Part shown: positions 35,298 to 47,929 of the stretch, one piece after another | How positions within the stretch are numbered: the first letter of the stretch is position 1 | How the letters are laid out: each line of letters opens with the position of its first letter | Source of the DNA: Amoebophrya sp. A120 | Lineage: Eukaryota; Protista; Dinoflagellata | Direction of reading: 5' to 3' | Assembly: GCA_905178155.1 (NCBI GenBank) | Contig: CAJINV010000021.1 | Location: forward strand, 160,360 to 224,359 | Length of the DNA: 64,000 nucleotides | The notes under the pieces: generated by a model | Database searches by the model: none | The model's input: only the letters and a program-made list of their open reading frames with translations | Told to the model about the DNA's origin: nothing | Program-made: the position numbers and the translations under genes

Positions 35298-36076
35298 TAG
35301 GTAGACGCTAAAGGAGATGAAAAAGTGTCTCTGGTTGTGGCCCTTTCATTTCAAGTAAGTTCTGTGGCCCATCCAAGTCCAACGTAAAAAAAGTGAACCG
35401 AACTCGTGAAAAGAATAAGATCAAGATGAACACGTACTAAAAATTGTACGAACAAAGATGACATGATGATCTTGTTGAAGATCAACATTCCCACTGAATC
35501 CAACGCGAACTTCTCTTTTTTACGTTTTCTTCTGAAGAAAGCATTATAGATGAAGCAAAACCAGGCTAGAACTAGAAGTAGAGTTTTCCTGGGTGGAAGT
35601 GCGGGTATCCATCAAATTGGAAATAGTAACTTTTTTGAGCAGGAGGCCCGCCATCGTGTTCAGTAATGACGCGTTGACGTCTTACTCGGAGGCGCAGCCG
35701 TGTTGGCCCACCTGGTTTGTTGACCTGCAGGGCGCAATTTTACACGAGGTAGCCGTCCCTCGTGGACGAACGGATCGCGGTTTATTGAAGAAAAATTTTC
35801 CTGATTCAAAGGAGAAGATGATTGATTTCAAGCGTGCGGTGTTCGGTATTACTCTAGAATCTAAGGTCTCATCTCAAGCTTTCGCAAAGCACCTCCTGCT
35901 CTCGGGATTGATTTGGCTGTGTAACTTTAGACAGGTAGTACTCGCAGACCATAAGATGCAAGCAAGGGGCTGACTTCAAGAGCGCAGGCTTTCGTCAGCG
36001 CAGGCTTTCGTCAGTCGGACAATTCATCGCTATACCTGACAGATTTATTGAGTTAACCACGACAGTTTGCTAGACC

Positions 36077-36886
36077 ATGGGCAACCAGTTCGGTTGTTCT
36101 GGAAGGGGCGATGTGGCCACAGAGGCCGAGGAGAAGTCCAACGTCCCCGGCGAGGACACGAAGCCGAAACAAGAACAACCGACAATCGACTTCGACTCTC
36201 TTTCTCGCGAGGGAGCGCGAAGGGTGTTTATAAACAAGCTACTGGGGATCACTCCTCCAAAGGCGCGATCGGAAGATCCAAGAAGAGTCGCGCACGCCGC
36301 GAAACGCAGCACTTCCGCCGCGTCCGCGTCCACCGCAGAGCCAGGGTCGCGGGGTTCATCATTGTCATTCGAAGATGCAGTGCCTCCTTCGGCACCCTAC
36401 ACACAACAAGGGCAGTTGCCGTCCCAGAAGCAGGTGGAGCGGGCGCAGGCGCAGGAGCTCGAGGAATTGTGGGACGCGTGCATTGGCGGCTTCGGGAATA
36501 ACGAGATGAAATCTTACGATGCCGAGACGAAAGATAAGGCCACACTGCTCTCAAAGATCTTTCCATCCTCATATTTTCGGCAAGCGTACCTTCTGGGTCT
36601 TTCGCATCACTTTAGTAACAGCAATCGGATCAAAAAGCGGACTCACCCTTTATTGCAAGTCGGTGACCTCTCTCCGAGTCCGAACAGCGATCGGGCTGTT
36701 CACGGTCATCCACAGCCTGGAGGTGATAAAGGTGCTGTCGATGATGCAGGCATTGATGTTGAAGATAAGGTCGCACCATCATCACCCCGACCGGAGCAGG
36801 ACGACAAGTGGCGAAATAATCTCCGAGACCTCTGGCTGAAAGCGGCACACGCGGACTACTACAGCAAGGAAGTGTATCCTTGCTAA
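36077..36886 (+). CDS. Hypothetical protein with an N-myristoylation/palmitoylation-like start (MGNQFGC)
   Basis: 269-aa ORF with an MG..C N-terminus. The 3' end may be spliced. Confidence 0.55.
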   Translation: MGNQFGCSGRGDVATEAEEKSNVPGEDTKPKQEQPTIDFDSLSREGARRVFINKLLGITPPKARSEDPRRVAHAAKRSTSAASASTAEPGSRGSSLSFEDAVPPSAPYTQQGQLPSQKQVERAQAQELEELWDACIGGFGNNEMKSYDAETKDKATLLSKIFPSSYFRQAYLLGLSHHFSNSNRIKKRTHPLLQVGDLSPSPNSDRAVHGHPQPGGDKGAVDDAGIDVEDKVAPSSPRPEQDDKWRNNLRDLWLKAAHADYYSKEVYPC

Positions 36887-38620
36887 AAAAAAAATATGTG
36901 ACTCTGGATATTCTGAAAAGTGCGAAACTTTTTGATAGCTAAAGTTCAAAAATTTGAATTTTTCTACTCGGACGGCGTTCATTCGGTAGCTTAACCGGTC
37001 ACGTGCCCGATCTTCCCATATGCTCCTCTTTTGCATTGTTCTTGTTTGGTTTTTGCCTGCGGGAGGGGATTTCGGCCTCTATACACGGCTACCCGCATGC
37101 AAAAATAAGGGAAAAGGAAAAGTGTATTCACGCAAAGCGGTTGGCACCCACCTTGAGTATGTCTTCCTACTGATAAGCGGAGACGAAGATAGGTAGAATT
37201 CTTGCCGCTAGAATTCTACCTTCGGTATTTATTTCTTAGTCCTGACATATATACCTGATTGATTGTTTGGTTTTGTTTCTTCGATGTGTCTTCTTGTTCT
37301 CATTAAAATTGAAAACAGCACCTGAATAAAGCTATGGACACAACAAGGATGGCGGAGCCGGCGCCATTATCCGCCTGGTGCACAGAGATCATAGTTTTAA
37401 GCGAGCGCCTCTGCATTTTCTTCCGCCTAGGGCCGCCTTTCCTCGCGGCGCGATTGAAATGCATTCGACGATAAGGGCAGAAGTGTTGCAACGCGCGATA
37501 GAATAAAGCCAAGATGTACTACCCCTCCTCCTCCTTGTTCTTCGTGTTGCTTACCGTTCGTATTTTTTTGATAGTTAACATCGGTCCATGATACGCACTA
37601 CAGATTGTGTTTTTACCCGGGGCAAGGTAACAAACACTCACTGTGACTGTTCATGAAGACCATGGCCGACACTGATCGCTCGGCGCCGCCTTGTCGATTG
37701 CGCGAAAGTTTTCGTCGTCCGCGCCCGTAAGAAGCGAGGTCTTCTTTGCGTCCCTGCGCCATGTCTGTCGGTCTGCGGCTTGCGGCCGCGGAAGATTTTT
37801 CCTCGCCCGCAGCAGGGCCTTTATCTTTATGGCTCCCGAGCCGAGGACCCTGTTTGCGCTGTGTTGCGCTAGCTTGCGTGCCGCGAGGGGTTTCTGTCCG
37901 CCCGTGCACCGCAGCCGTGGAACGCCGCCGCAACTGTTGTAGGTAGTGGCTAGCGGGCGGGTGACAATTTTCTTTGCGCCCCTGTCCGGCCCGAAGCCCT
38001 GCGCGCGCCATGTTAGAAATTCGCATCGGGCGGGCGGAAAAGAGATCCTCTCCGCGCGCGCTACGCACGCGGGCGACCTCATTTCTACCGCCCCCAGCGC
38101 CCGGGCGTGCGCTTTGTTTGTTGTTTCGATCGTACGCGCGTGGCAGGTGTGCTTTAGTATCTTCTCGGAGCCAGCGAGGCCGCCGCGGCCGTCTTCTTTG
38201 TTTTGTTTCTGCCCGTGCTTTTGCTGGAGCAGCGCTTGCGCCTTGCCATGTGGCAGCTGCAATGTCGCTGCGCGCGCGCGCGCCGGTTGAGCAAAGAAGC
38301 TGTGATGTCCGGTGCAGTGGGAGCAGGGTTGTGGTTTCCTGTGCGCGTGCCGCAAATTTCTCGTATCCGGCGTCCCGCCCGCACGAGAATGTGTTGCGGC
38401 CTCGTTGTCCCCCCTCACCCCCGCTTCTTCCGCGCGCATGCAGCGCGCTTTTGTTGGTTCCTGCGTACGTTGCCCGCGCCTTTCTTCTTGCCGGCCCGGG
38501 CGCTTTTGGCTCGTCGAAGATTTTGCTTCTGCCAAACGTTGCGCGCTCGCCAGCAGAAAAAAAATTTTGCTTTTCAAAAAACCTACGGTTGTCACATAAA
38601 GTGTTTTTTTTTCGGATACA

Positions 38621-39376
38621 GTGGTTCCGAAGTTCCAGTTTTTTTATGACAAGGTTTTGAAAAACCGCTGGACGAAGTTTTACAAGAAGCTGACGACACC
38701 CGCGCGTTCCGGGTCCCCCCTAGAGCTGGTTCAACACCGGTACGATCGATCAATGGAAGAGTATATCAAAAAGGTAGACCCGGATTATGCAACGAACATG
38801 AACGACGAGCAGTATCAGAAAGTGAGAATTCCAAACCAAGAAAACCAGCTCGCAAACACTCCCGAGAAGAAGAAAAGAATGCTGCTTGTTGATTGGATAC
38901 AAGGAAACGACGCGGAAAACTTTGACAGCGTCTTGCGGTGGCTCGGTTCGTGGCCCCCCTTCTCAACAGACCTGACAGAAATGGAAGTCATCCGCTCCGG
39001 CAAAATAGTAGAAGATTATAAACTACTCTCCGAAGGGGACGATGGTGACTCGCTATGGCAGACGCAGCTCCAGGTCTTACACATCACGGTGGATCTCGAG
39101 CTTCTGAGTGACCTGCCGAACCTGAAGCTCAAGTACCCCCCGGAGAAGCTGAGGCATTTAAATCAAAGAGCCGATGACGAAATTGAGGTGTTGCGGAGCC
39201 AACCGCATCTCTGGCGCCCCCTGCGTGGAAACGGTCAAACCGCAAAAGAGATCAACTACATGGAGAGTTGGTTGAAAAGCCAAGACAATGAAGAACTCCG
39301 AAAAGAGCTAGTGCAAAGTCTTATGCGCGGTTTGGTTCGTATGTTTGGTCGTGATCTACGTAAACGGAAATCGTAA
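38621..39376 (+). CDS. Hypothetical protein (start uncertain)
   Basis: 251-aa ORF with protein-like composition. No family recognised. Confidence 0.5.
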   Translation: MVPKFQFFYDKVLKNRWTKFYKKLTTPARSGSPLELVQHRYDRSMEEYIKKVDPDYATNMNDEQYQKVRIPNQENQLANTPEKKKRMLLVDWIQGNDAENFDSVLRWLGSWPPFSTDLTEMEVIRSGKIVEDYKLLSEGDDGDSLWQTQLQVLHITVDLELLSDLPNLKLKYPPEKLRHLNQRADDEIEVLRSQPHLWRPLRGNGQTAKEINYMESWLKSQDNEELRKELVQSLMRGLVRMFGRDLRKRKS

Positions 39377-39589
39377 CTAGGGCCGTAATATCGTAATTAC
39401 GTGAATCACGATGGGCCACTAGCTAAGCATCCGGATGCGCTTGACCTTCAGTGCTGTTTTGTTTGGCTCAAGTCTTGCGCTTGCTGCCTGAGTAAACTAG
39501 GGCGATTTTTTTGTTGGCGCTTTCGCTCCCGTTTCTGGAATTGGATTGACACTTGTGCTCTCTACCACCGTGGAACACGATCAGACCTC

Positions 39590-41771
39590 ATGAATCGGCT
39601 TAGATTCATAATAGTAAACGAAGCGAACGAGGCCCTTTCAAGCTCTGTGCAAATTTCAGCAATAAGTCCTGACTCAGTGCACGCGCAGCACCAAGAAGAG
39701 GGAGCGACTAGCGCCATTGAACTACCAGACGCCTCCAAGCAAAAGCAGCAGCAAGACCACCAAAACACCTACTTACCCCGCAACGTTGGCACCGTGGTAA
39801 CCGCGACGACGCACCCCGAGGATTCCTCCTCCCTCCCATCCGTTTCCCCATCCGGGTCTCAGACCACTGCACAGCCTGCTGCTATCAAGGTGCCAGAAGT
39901 TCATCTCGACGACCCTACATCAGCATCTTCATCTTCTGGTGCGTACGACCAAACCGGAGGTTCTCTGCACAGCCCTGCAGATTATATGCATCATCAACTT
40001 GCAACCACGGTCAACATGAATATTGACGGGACGGGATCAACTACCTCTGGCGATGCTGGTGGCACGGGTACATCCGGAGCGCAGAGGAGATCGAGCAAAA
40101 CTTCACGCCTGTCGGACGGTGAACCGCTGAAGCACACAGATGAGGAAACTTCGCCGCCCGGATCCTGGCCCAAACAAAATGTATTTGCGGTTCCAAGCAG
40201 CACGCCCCCCCCCCCTTGACCCGCTTTTCTGCGTGCATTATCCCGACAGCTTTCTTCTCGCCGCTTTCCACGACCATCCAGTGTATACAGCCGGGGGTCT
40301 CGCTGCGGTGTGTTGTTTGCTCCTGTTACTTTGCTTCCAGCGCTTCAGTGGCTGTGCATCGTGCAGAAACCGGTTTGTTCCTGCGTTCTTCCTGCGGCCG
40401 CGCGTGCGACGGGATGAAGCTGGGGAGCAGCGTCAGTTTTCCAGTGAGCAGCACGAAAAGGTGGATACGACCAGTCCCTCGCGAGATAAAATCGGGAGTA
40501 ATCAACACGGAAAAGATCATTGCAAAAAGGAGCTCCTGGGGATATCTAAGAAAGCCGCAGCGTCGTCGTACGGGACCTTGCGGGGCCAGGAAGTTGAGAA
40601 AACGCCACAGCTGTCTTTCCCGAATGTAGCTGGAAGAAAGGATGCAAATCCAATCACTACAAGTAAAGGACCACAAACTACAACATTGCATCAAGAGCGT
40701 CGACCGCACTACCATCGTCATCCGTCGACTCCTATGCACATACAATTAATATGTCTGGGTCTGGGAGGACGCGAACTTGTCATGCTAATTCTGGATCGTA
40801 CACAAATTTGTGTTGCATGACTGCCAAAACCAAAAGCTGTCCCCTTTTGAACAAGTTTAGAGGCAGTTCGTCATGCAGGATAGGCGTGATGGAGGTGTCA
40901 CAGAACCTGACATGCTAGCTCCTGCATTCCAAACCTCAGCGGGCATGGAAAAAATGCATGACCATGAGAAGTTTGCATCCTTCCAGACCCGGACATATTT
41001 GCATTTGATAACTCCCAGCAACAATGATAACAACTACAACAGCAGCGTGCCTACGCCTACCCCGACCCTATCGAGTGTCGGGTCGGAGGACATGGACAGC
41101 GAGTTGAGTTCGCCCGGCCGAACCAGGATGAAGTACGACCCGGAATCGCTGGAGAAAATGGCACCAAGAACCAGGAGCGGCAGATCTTCTGGATCATTCC
41201 AGCAGGACCGGAATAGTATTAAAACCAAAACGCAATTTCAAGGAGGAGCGAAGCAACAGGAGATGACGAGCAATCGCAATGCAGGGGAAGCGTCTCCTCT
41301 CGGGAAAAGCGGCAAGTCGGATCAGCTTCCGTCTGGTTCGGAAGAGAAATCGTCTCCGTGCAACGTGTATTACCTGCAAATATGTCTGGGCCTGGAAGAT
41401 GGTCAGGTTTGTCATGCATTTTTTGCATGACGACCCATCCATGATGTCTGTTCCTGTAATGCATGAGCGACTAGTTTTGCAGATGTTCATATTTAGAGGT
41501 CTCTCTGATGCCTATTCCGCATGAGACATGCCCTCTCCGCGGAGCACCGACCGGGCCCCTCTCGCGGGTCATGCAATGCAGATTTCTTTTGGAATCGACA
41601 GACAGCATCACAAGTGGCAACCTTCCAGACCCATACATATTTGCATTTCATAACCCCACCGCGCCTGGAAAAGGAAAAAGGAATAAAAACAGGAAGAAGA
41701 AGAATATGCAAGGGGAACCACGACGACGCGGTTCCGCTTTGACGATCGCAACTGTGACACTGACAGGGTAG
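39590..41771 (+). CDS. Hypothetical single-pass membrane protein with two introners and an apparent frameshift in a C11 run at 40205-40215
   Basis: ORFs 39401, 40140, 40873 and 41508 join if one C and the two elements are removed. TM segment GGLAAVCCLLLLLCF. Confidence 0.5.
40733..41010. mobile_element. Introner family A (278 nt), TSD ACTCC
   Basis: Family A core at both ends; perfect TSD. Confidence 0.88.
41368..41652. mobile_element. Introner family A, reverse orientation (285 nt), eroded TSD ACGTG/ACCCC
   Basis: Ends tattacctgcaaatatgtctggg / ccatacatatttgcatttcata. Removal is in frame. Confidence 0.78.
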
Positions 41772-44098
41772 TTTGTATGTGCCAACCGCGCATCGTCCGC
41801 TGGGCCTTTCTAGTCGTCAGTTTGGTGTATTTTTGGAACGTGGCAAATTTCTCCATGTCGCAACTGCATCGACGAGTCCGCAATGGCTGCGCCTACCAGC
41901 ATGCAGGAGCTGGAGAGACTTTGTCTGAATTTTGCTTGTCGTACTGTCAGTGCGAGAGACAGAATTAAGCTTTGGCATTTTTGTACTTTGTCACACTCAC
42001 ACCTGACGTGTCACACCTGACGGAGCCATAAACAAAGCGAAAACGAAGACCGTGATGTCGATGACTAACACGGGGAACACTGTTCACTCTGATAGCGGTA
42101 CCCACGAAAAAAAAAATCCACACCCATCTGCATATGCAACATTGTGACTGTGCTCCGGCGCAGGCGCATCTCCAAGAAACACCTACAAGACTCCTATGGC
42201 ATCGCTTACAGATGCAACTGCGTCAGAGATAATATTTCCAATGCGCGAGCGTGCTTTGAGCTTGTATTTTGTCCTGAGCATCGCATTGGAAATTCGAATG
42301 GAGACTGCTACACAGACACTTCGGTTTTCGACGGTGCGCAATATAATAAAATGATAGTGCTGAGTGATGTGATGTGTTTTTTTTCTTTCCATAAGCGAGG
42401 TGTCTCCTCCCCTTGGAGCAGCGAACCACGTTTGAGGAGCTGGGAGCAATAATTTATCGAAGGAACAGTTATTCTTTTTGTTTTTCGTCAACCCACACTA
42501 CACATCCTCCTACTTCTCCCTCGCGAATCAAACGAACGCTCTGCCTCAAGTGCCAGCGATCAAGTTCATCCATTTTCTCGGAGAAGGGTTGCAACGAGGT
42601 ACGCACATCCGCATGCCATTCTTCGTGTTTGAATAAGATCAATGACGTCGTCCACCTCCTACGCCCTTCGCCACATCAACATAATGCCAGGAGCCCATAT
42701 TCGTACTTTTTATATGTTATATATTCTCTTTTTTCCTTTCCCTTTTAGTTTTGTTTTTTAGAGTGTCTCGCACTCGTCCGAACGCTGCGACGTGTATGTA
42801 GTACTGATGTGCATTGCAGTCGTAGTATAAACACGGCACAGAGCCAAAGTTGTATCTCGGACACAACGCAATCGCAACATCGTAAATCCTCCCGTCACAG
42901 GTAAACCATACCGGACGGACCGTCGACCTTCTGCACGACAAGAGAAAACGCCACCACCTCACAAAAACGAGCGGGCCTTCTGGAACCATAAATTCATCTG
43001 ACCACACAGCGCCTCCCCACGTAGCTGCTGCCTTGGCGACACAATCGAACGAGTTCGACTTTTGGGACATACTAGTTATATACCTTTTGAAAAACAAGTA
43101 AGAGCTTCCTGCTGGGAACAACACGAACGTCTTCTTTTTATCCAGAAAGACCTGGTGGATCGCTTCCATCGATCCTGAACGAAAACTTTCTTCCGTGCTG
43201 TCGTATCACGCACGGAGTGGAGCTTTACGCGATATTTTTCGACATGACCCCGTTTCTTTCTTGATGAAATAGCAACAGACAACAGGAGCTAGTGGTGCAC
43301 GACACTCCTGTATTAAAAGTCGTGAAATCAGCACGCAGGCACAAGTAGTACCAGTTGTGCCGCAGCTTCAGTTTCAGGTAAGAACAGAAGTGACAGATTT
43401 TGTACTCTGAAATTCTTTCGGAGCATCATGAATCTGCATCTTTTGACAAGTTCATTTGATGAATGTGTAGAACTAAAGTGTATTAGCACCGTTACAGTCA
43501 TGCATAATTTTGTGCCCATGATACGTACTAAGTAAATTGAAAATGCAAAGAGCTGCAACGAAATAAAATTAATGACAGATCGCCGGCATCAAATTTCAAT
43601 ATGGAGAAACGATATAATTTGGAAATGGTTTATACTGTACAAGGCCAAGAAGAAAAGTCCAACACGTCAACAAGAAAGCTATTAGAGCACTTTCTCGAGG
43701 ACCACATTCAACCTTGAAGAGAAACGACTTGTCTGCTCGGGAATTACAACGGTACAACATGTTGGTATCATGATGAGGGGCTTTTGTTTTGCGGATATTT
43801 ATAAAATTGTATTGGAACAAGGATCGCTGAATCTACAAGCAGTAGCAGATCGTGTTTTCGTCGTGTTGCATTCGACGCGGCCCCAGATGTAGTGCTAGTC
43901 CCAGTCGACAAGCAGTGTTATTTTCAAGCTCAAATAACGAATCAGGTTCGATGTCCTCCGGTCTTTCACCTCAGCAAGATGCCAAGACCAAGTCCAAGAC
44001 CTGCTGCATTCTCATCGTCTTCAGCGCGATGCTTTTTATCCTCGCCAGTCCTCAGCAGCAGGTGCGACTATAGCAAGTAGAAGAACTACTGATGAAAA

Positions 44099-44348
44099 AC
44101 ATACATACATACATACATACATACATACATACATACATACATACATACATACATACATACATACATACATACATACATACATACATACATACATACATAC
44201 ATACATACATACATACATACATACATACATACCTACATACCTACATACCTACATACCTACATACCTACATACCTACATACCTACATACCTACATACCTAC
44301 ATACCTACATACCTACATACATACATACATACATACATACATACATAC
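44099..44348. repeat. Compound microsatellite (CATA)n-(CATACCTA)n-(CATA)n
   Basis: Directly visible in the sequence. Confidence 0.97.
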
Positions 44349-47300
44349 ACGTTCCACTACTAGTTAGTTAGTTAGGGGGGCCGCCCCAGCCCTCGTAGTT
44401 CGCACTTCTGATGGTGAGACACCACAAAGGCCGGCCAATACTGCACTTCTGATGGTGCACGTGAGGTTTGCCGCCAGTGCAGCTAGGCTTATGTTCTTAC
44501 TTCTTATACTCCCAACGGTGAGCGCTGATGAAAAACGAAAAAGTAAAAAAGGTTTTACCGAACATTCTTACTAGAAAGACGTCTTTGGCTTTTCTGACAT
44601 ATGATCCTCCGATGAGGAGCAAGAACATCCAAACAACGCGAACATTCTCCATCAATACACAGATCGCCGTCAAGTGTGGTAAGAAGACGATAGACGCGGG
44701 AAGCGAGACTAGCCATACGAAAAAAAGCGCTAACATTTCGAGAAAGCTGGAAAACTTGCTTACCGCTGGATTTCCAGTGAAAATCCGACTTGTCTATCGC
44801 GGTTGTCATCGGTAAGTGGTATTTTACACTCCATTGTTTTGCTTTTGTTTCCCGTTTTGCATTTTCACTTAGCCCAGGCATCGCTGTCGTAAATTAAGCG
44901 CATGTTGACCACCTGCGTCCATGTCATTCATGTAGAAGTTGCATTGAGTGAGAAGTTCAGTGTTATCGCTATGTTCGATCAAAAGGGGCCTGAAAACATT
45001 TCACATGAGAGATTACGAAATTATATTAAGAAGAAATTTTGTTTTTGCATTACAAATTCTAAAAGCGAAGTTCTGCCGGGGATATTTTCAAAATACATGA
45101 GCGACATACTTGGTTGACAAATGCACACATTCTTCATGTTATTCCATGCTAATTGAAATAAAAGGTTGATGCAAAAGGTCCTACTTACGAAGTGCTTGTT
45201 CCCGAGCTTTGATTTTCATGATGAGAAAAGGTATATGTGAGAGAGAGAGAGCAGTGCAGCACCCGCTCTTCCTGCCACCGGTGTCTTTTCCTTCGGAGTA
45301 ATAACAGGCTGGAGCCGCGGATCTAGATCGGTCTACTTCCCGTCGGCAAACGGGAGGTAGGTTTAGGCCGGCGCTTAAGGCGAAAGTGAAGACGTTCACT
45401 ACCAGCAGACCACCAGAAACCAAAAAGCGAAATGCTCCGCTCCTGCTTTTTAGCTTCTTCCCTCTGCCCTATCCATTTCCAGTTCTAGCAACGATTGCAA
45501 GTCAAAACAGGATCGACGTTCGACTAGGTTTAGGCTTAGCTTAGTTAAGTTTAGTTTAGGTTAGTTTACTTCATTGGATGCTTTTATTGTTGTAACTCTC
45601 TCAAATAATGAATCACAATCAGGTGCGCGTTCTTTGCCGCCCTCCGTGTGATCGCAATTTGATTCCATGACGACAAGACCAACAAGAACAAGTTCAAGTC
45701 CAAGAGCTACATTCTCATCGCTGCAGGCTCGAGCATGTTACTTCATTCTCATCATCTTCGGCGTGTCTGATTCGAGCGTTTCTATCCTCGCCAATCTTGT
45801 TCAGCAATTGCAGTACTATCGAGAACGCTACAAGTAGGCTGAAGGAAACGATAGGTCGTCGCTGAGGATGTTGATGAGAACGTCGCAGATAAGGATTGCT
45901 GGGCGATTCTGTACTTCTATTTGTGCTTTATTGTCGCTAGTGCATTGAACTTGTACTGCTATTGATTGCAGCTAGTTGGCGGACGACCCATGAGAAAGGG
46001 AAACTAAAAATAAAAGAAAAACAAACAGTGGATGGAATTTCAAAAAAAAAAAAGATATGCATTCAAACCAGAACAACAAAAACAGACCGTCGGCAAGAAA
46101 CGCGGAACAAGATTCAGAGTTCTGAGGTATGGAAGGAAAAAACGCCACGGTCTTTGCGCGCGACACAATTCACCACTTATGAGAACAAGCGGAAACCGAT
46201 TTCTGACTTGCACAAATCGACTTTTCTGCAGAAACGAGATGAGGACCTCTGCTGTGGTATAATTTTCCAAATACGGTTTGGTGATGGACTTCATGGTTTC
46301 TTCGCGCCGCCTCTGATTTCGCGATATCTGTCATGTAATCCTTGCTTGTGTTTGCATGTTATGACGCAAGACTCGTACTAATCTAAAAAATGTCTGGTGT
46401 CAGGTATTCGCCAGCTGCCTCGTCGTTGCCAGTATCTGGGCCGGGTCTGTTCACATGTCTGCTGGTAGTTCAACTCTTTTCCTGCCTCGTCGAAGCAAAC
46501 AAAACAACCGCGCGCTGCACCTTTGCAGCAGCTTACGTTCAACATCAATCTTCCGAAGATCATCAGGCCCGATAAGACCAATAGTCTCGTCAGCGAGTGC
46601 CAGCACGCGTATATGCAACATCGAATGATAAACGGCATTGGACCTGGAATCTAGGCCGCCGCAGCGTGTTTCTCAACTTCTGGGCAAACGCTAGCATGTG
46701 AGGCTGCTCGTCCTCGTCTGCTTCTTGTTAGCCGGCGAGGTGGAGGCTCTTGTTGCCGTAAAGGAGAGGCGAGAATTTGTGGTACGACCATAGGACGGAG
46801 AGGACGAAGGAAAAATGATATGAAAAACTCAAATCTACACCCTTTTTCTTTATAGTACTGACCCGTAGTACTATAATTGCAACTACTAGCGAATCTTGCG
46901 AGATGTCTTTACTTGTCTTAAGTGCAACAAATCCAAACTGCACGTACATCAGAGGCTCTTCAATTCGATTACCGCGAGCTATTCAAAACTCGATCTTTCA
47001 AAACTTGATCTTGTCTTTACTTAGGGATGACCAACCTGGTGGCAAAAAACAGTCAAGGTTTCTCTTGCAGATTTTTTCCCTTCAAGTTATTCGCGTTTCT
47101 TTGCGATGAACGAGTCACCGTGCAGAAGCAGACTCACTGTTTTGTTGACCGCCGTGGCAGTCGTCTAGCGCGACACGAATCGATCCTCCGCCCCAGAAAG
47201 TGGGAAAGATCGTGGTTAGGGTTACAGAACAGAGCATGAGGATCAACAGCTACAGGAGATCCACGAAGATGAAGTCTCGCATCAGTCGCACACTAGTAGA

Positions 47301-47929
47301 TCTAGCATTTATTTATAGTACGATGACTCAACTACCAGCCAAGTAAGGATCCAGCTGCTTTCGCCTGGTATGACGAGGAACGGGAGACAACAAAGAGATC
47401 CAAGCAGGTCTTCACTTCTGATCATGATCTGAAGAGGCTTCACTACCAGCCGGCGGATCGCACACGAAAAATTGTACTCGTTATATGACGAGCTTTCCGT
47501 TGCCACCGTATTGTTGCATCATGGTTCGGAATAGTCTCAGCTTCCGTTTTCGGCTGTTGATTCTTCGTTGATGTCTCCGCTCGTTTTCCTCAGGGACCCG
47601 ATCACGCAGTATTAAGGTTAGTACACGCAGGAGCATCCATTACCATTACCATTAGGAATTGATTAGCAGGATTTTGACTTCCTTTTCCACCCAGTTCCCG
47701 TTTCGATATAGAAAGACCCCTTCGCGTGATTACACTTTTCATTTCCCCCTTCGCCTGGATGTGTCTTCCCCGAATTCGTCCTGCGGCGCTTGATCGGTTT
47801 TTTCGTGATAGATTCACGCTTTTACCTTCGCGTTGAAGATATATTGACAATATTATTTTAATTTTTTCCACTTTCTTGGAGTACCAAAACATTTCGTGTG
47901 TCCTATCTTCTGTGGGACCACTAGAAATC

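Noticed and set aside
36870-37127. Possible extra TIR intron between two AAGTGTAT repeats at the end of ORF 36077
   Set aside because: No convincing TIR or ATA end, and the downstream peptide is short and uninformative.
38621-39376. Candidate autonomous transposase
   Set aside because: No DDE, tyrosine-recombinase, HUH or RT motifs were recognisable, and there are no flanking TIRs.
44036-44367. ORFs reading MYVC / HTYI repeats
   Set aside because: Microsatellite translations.
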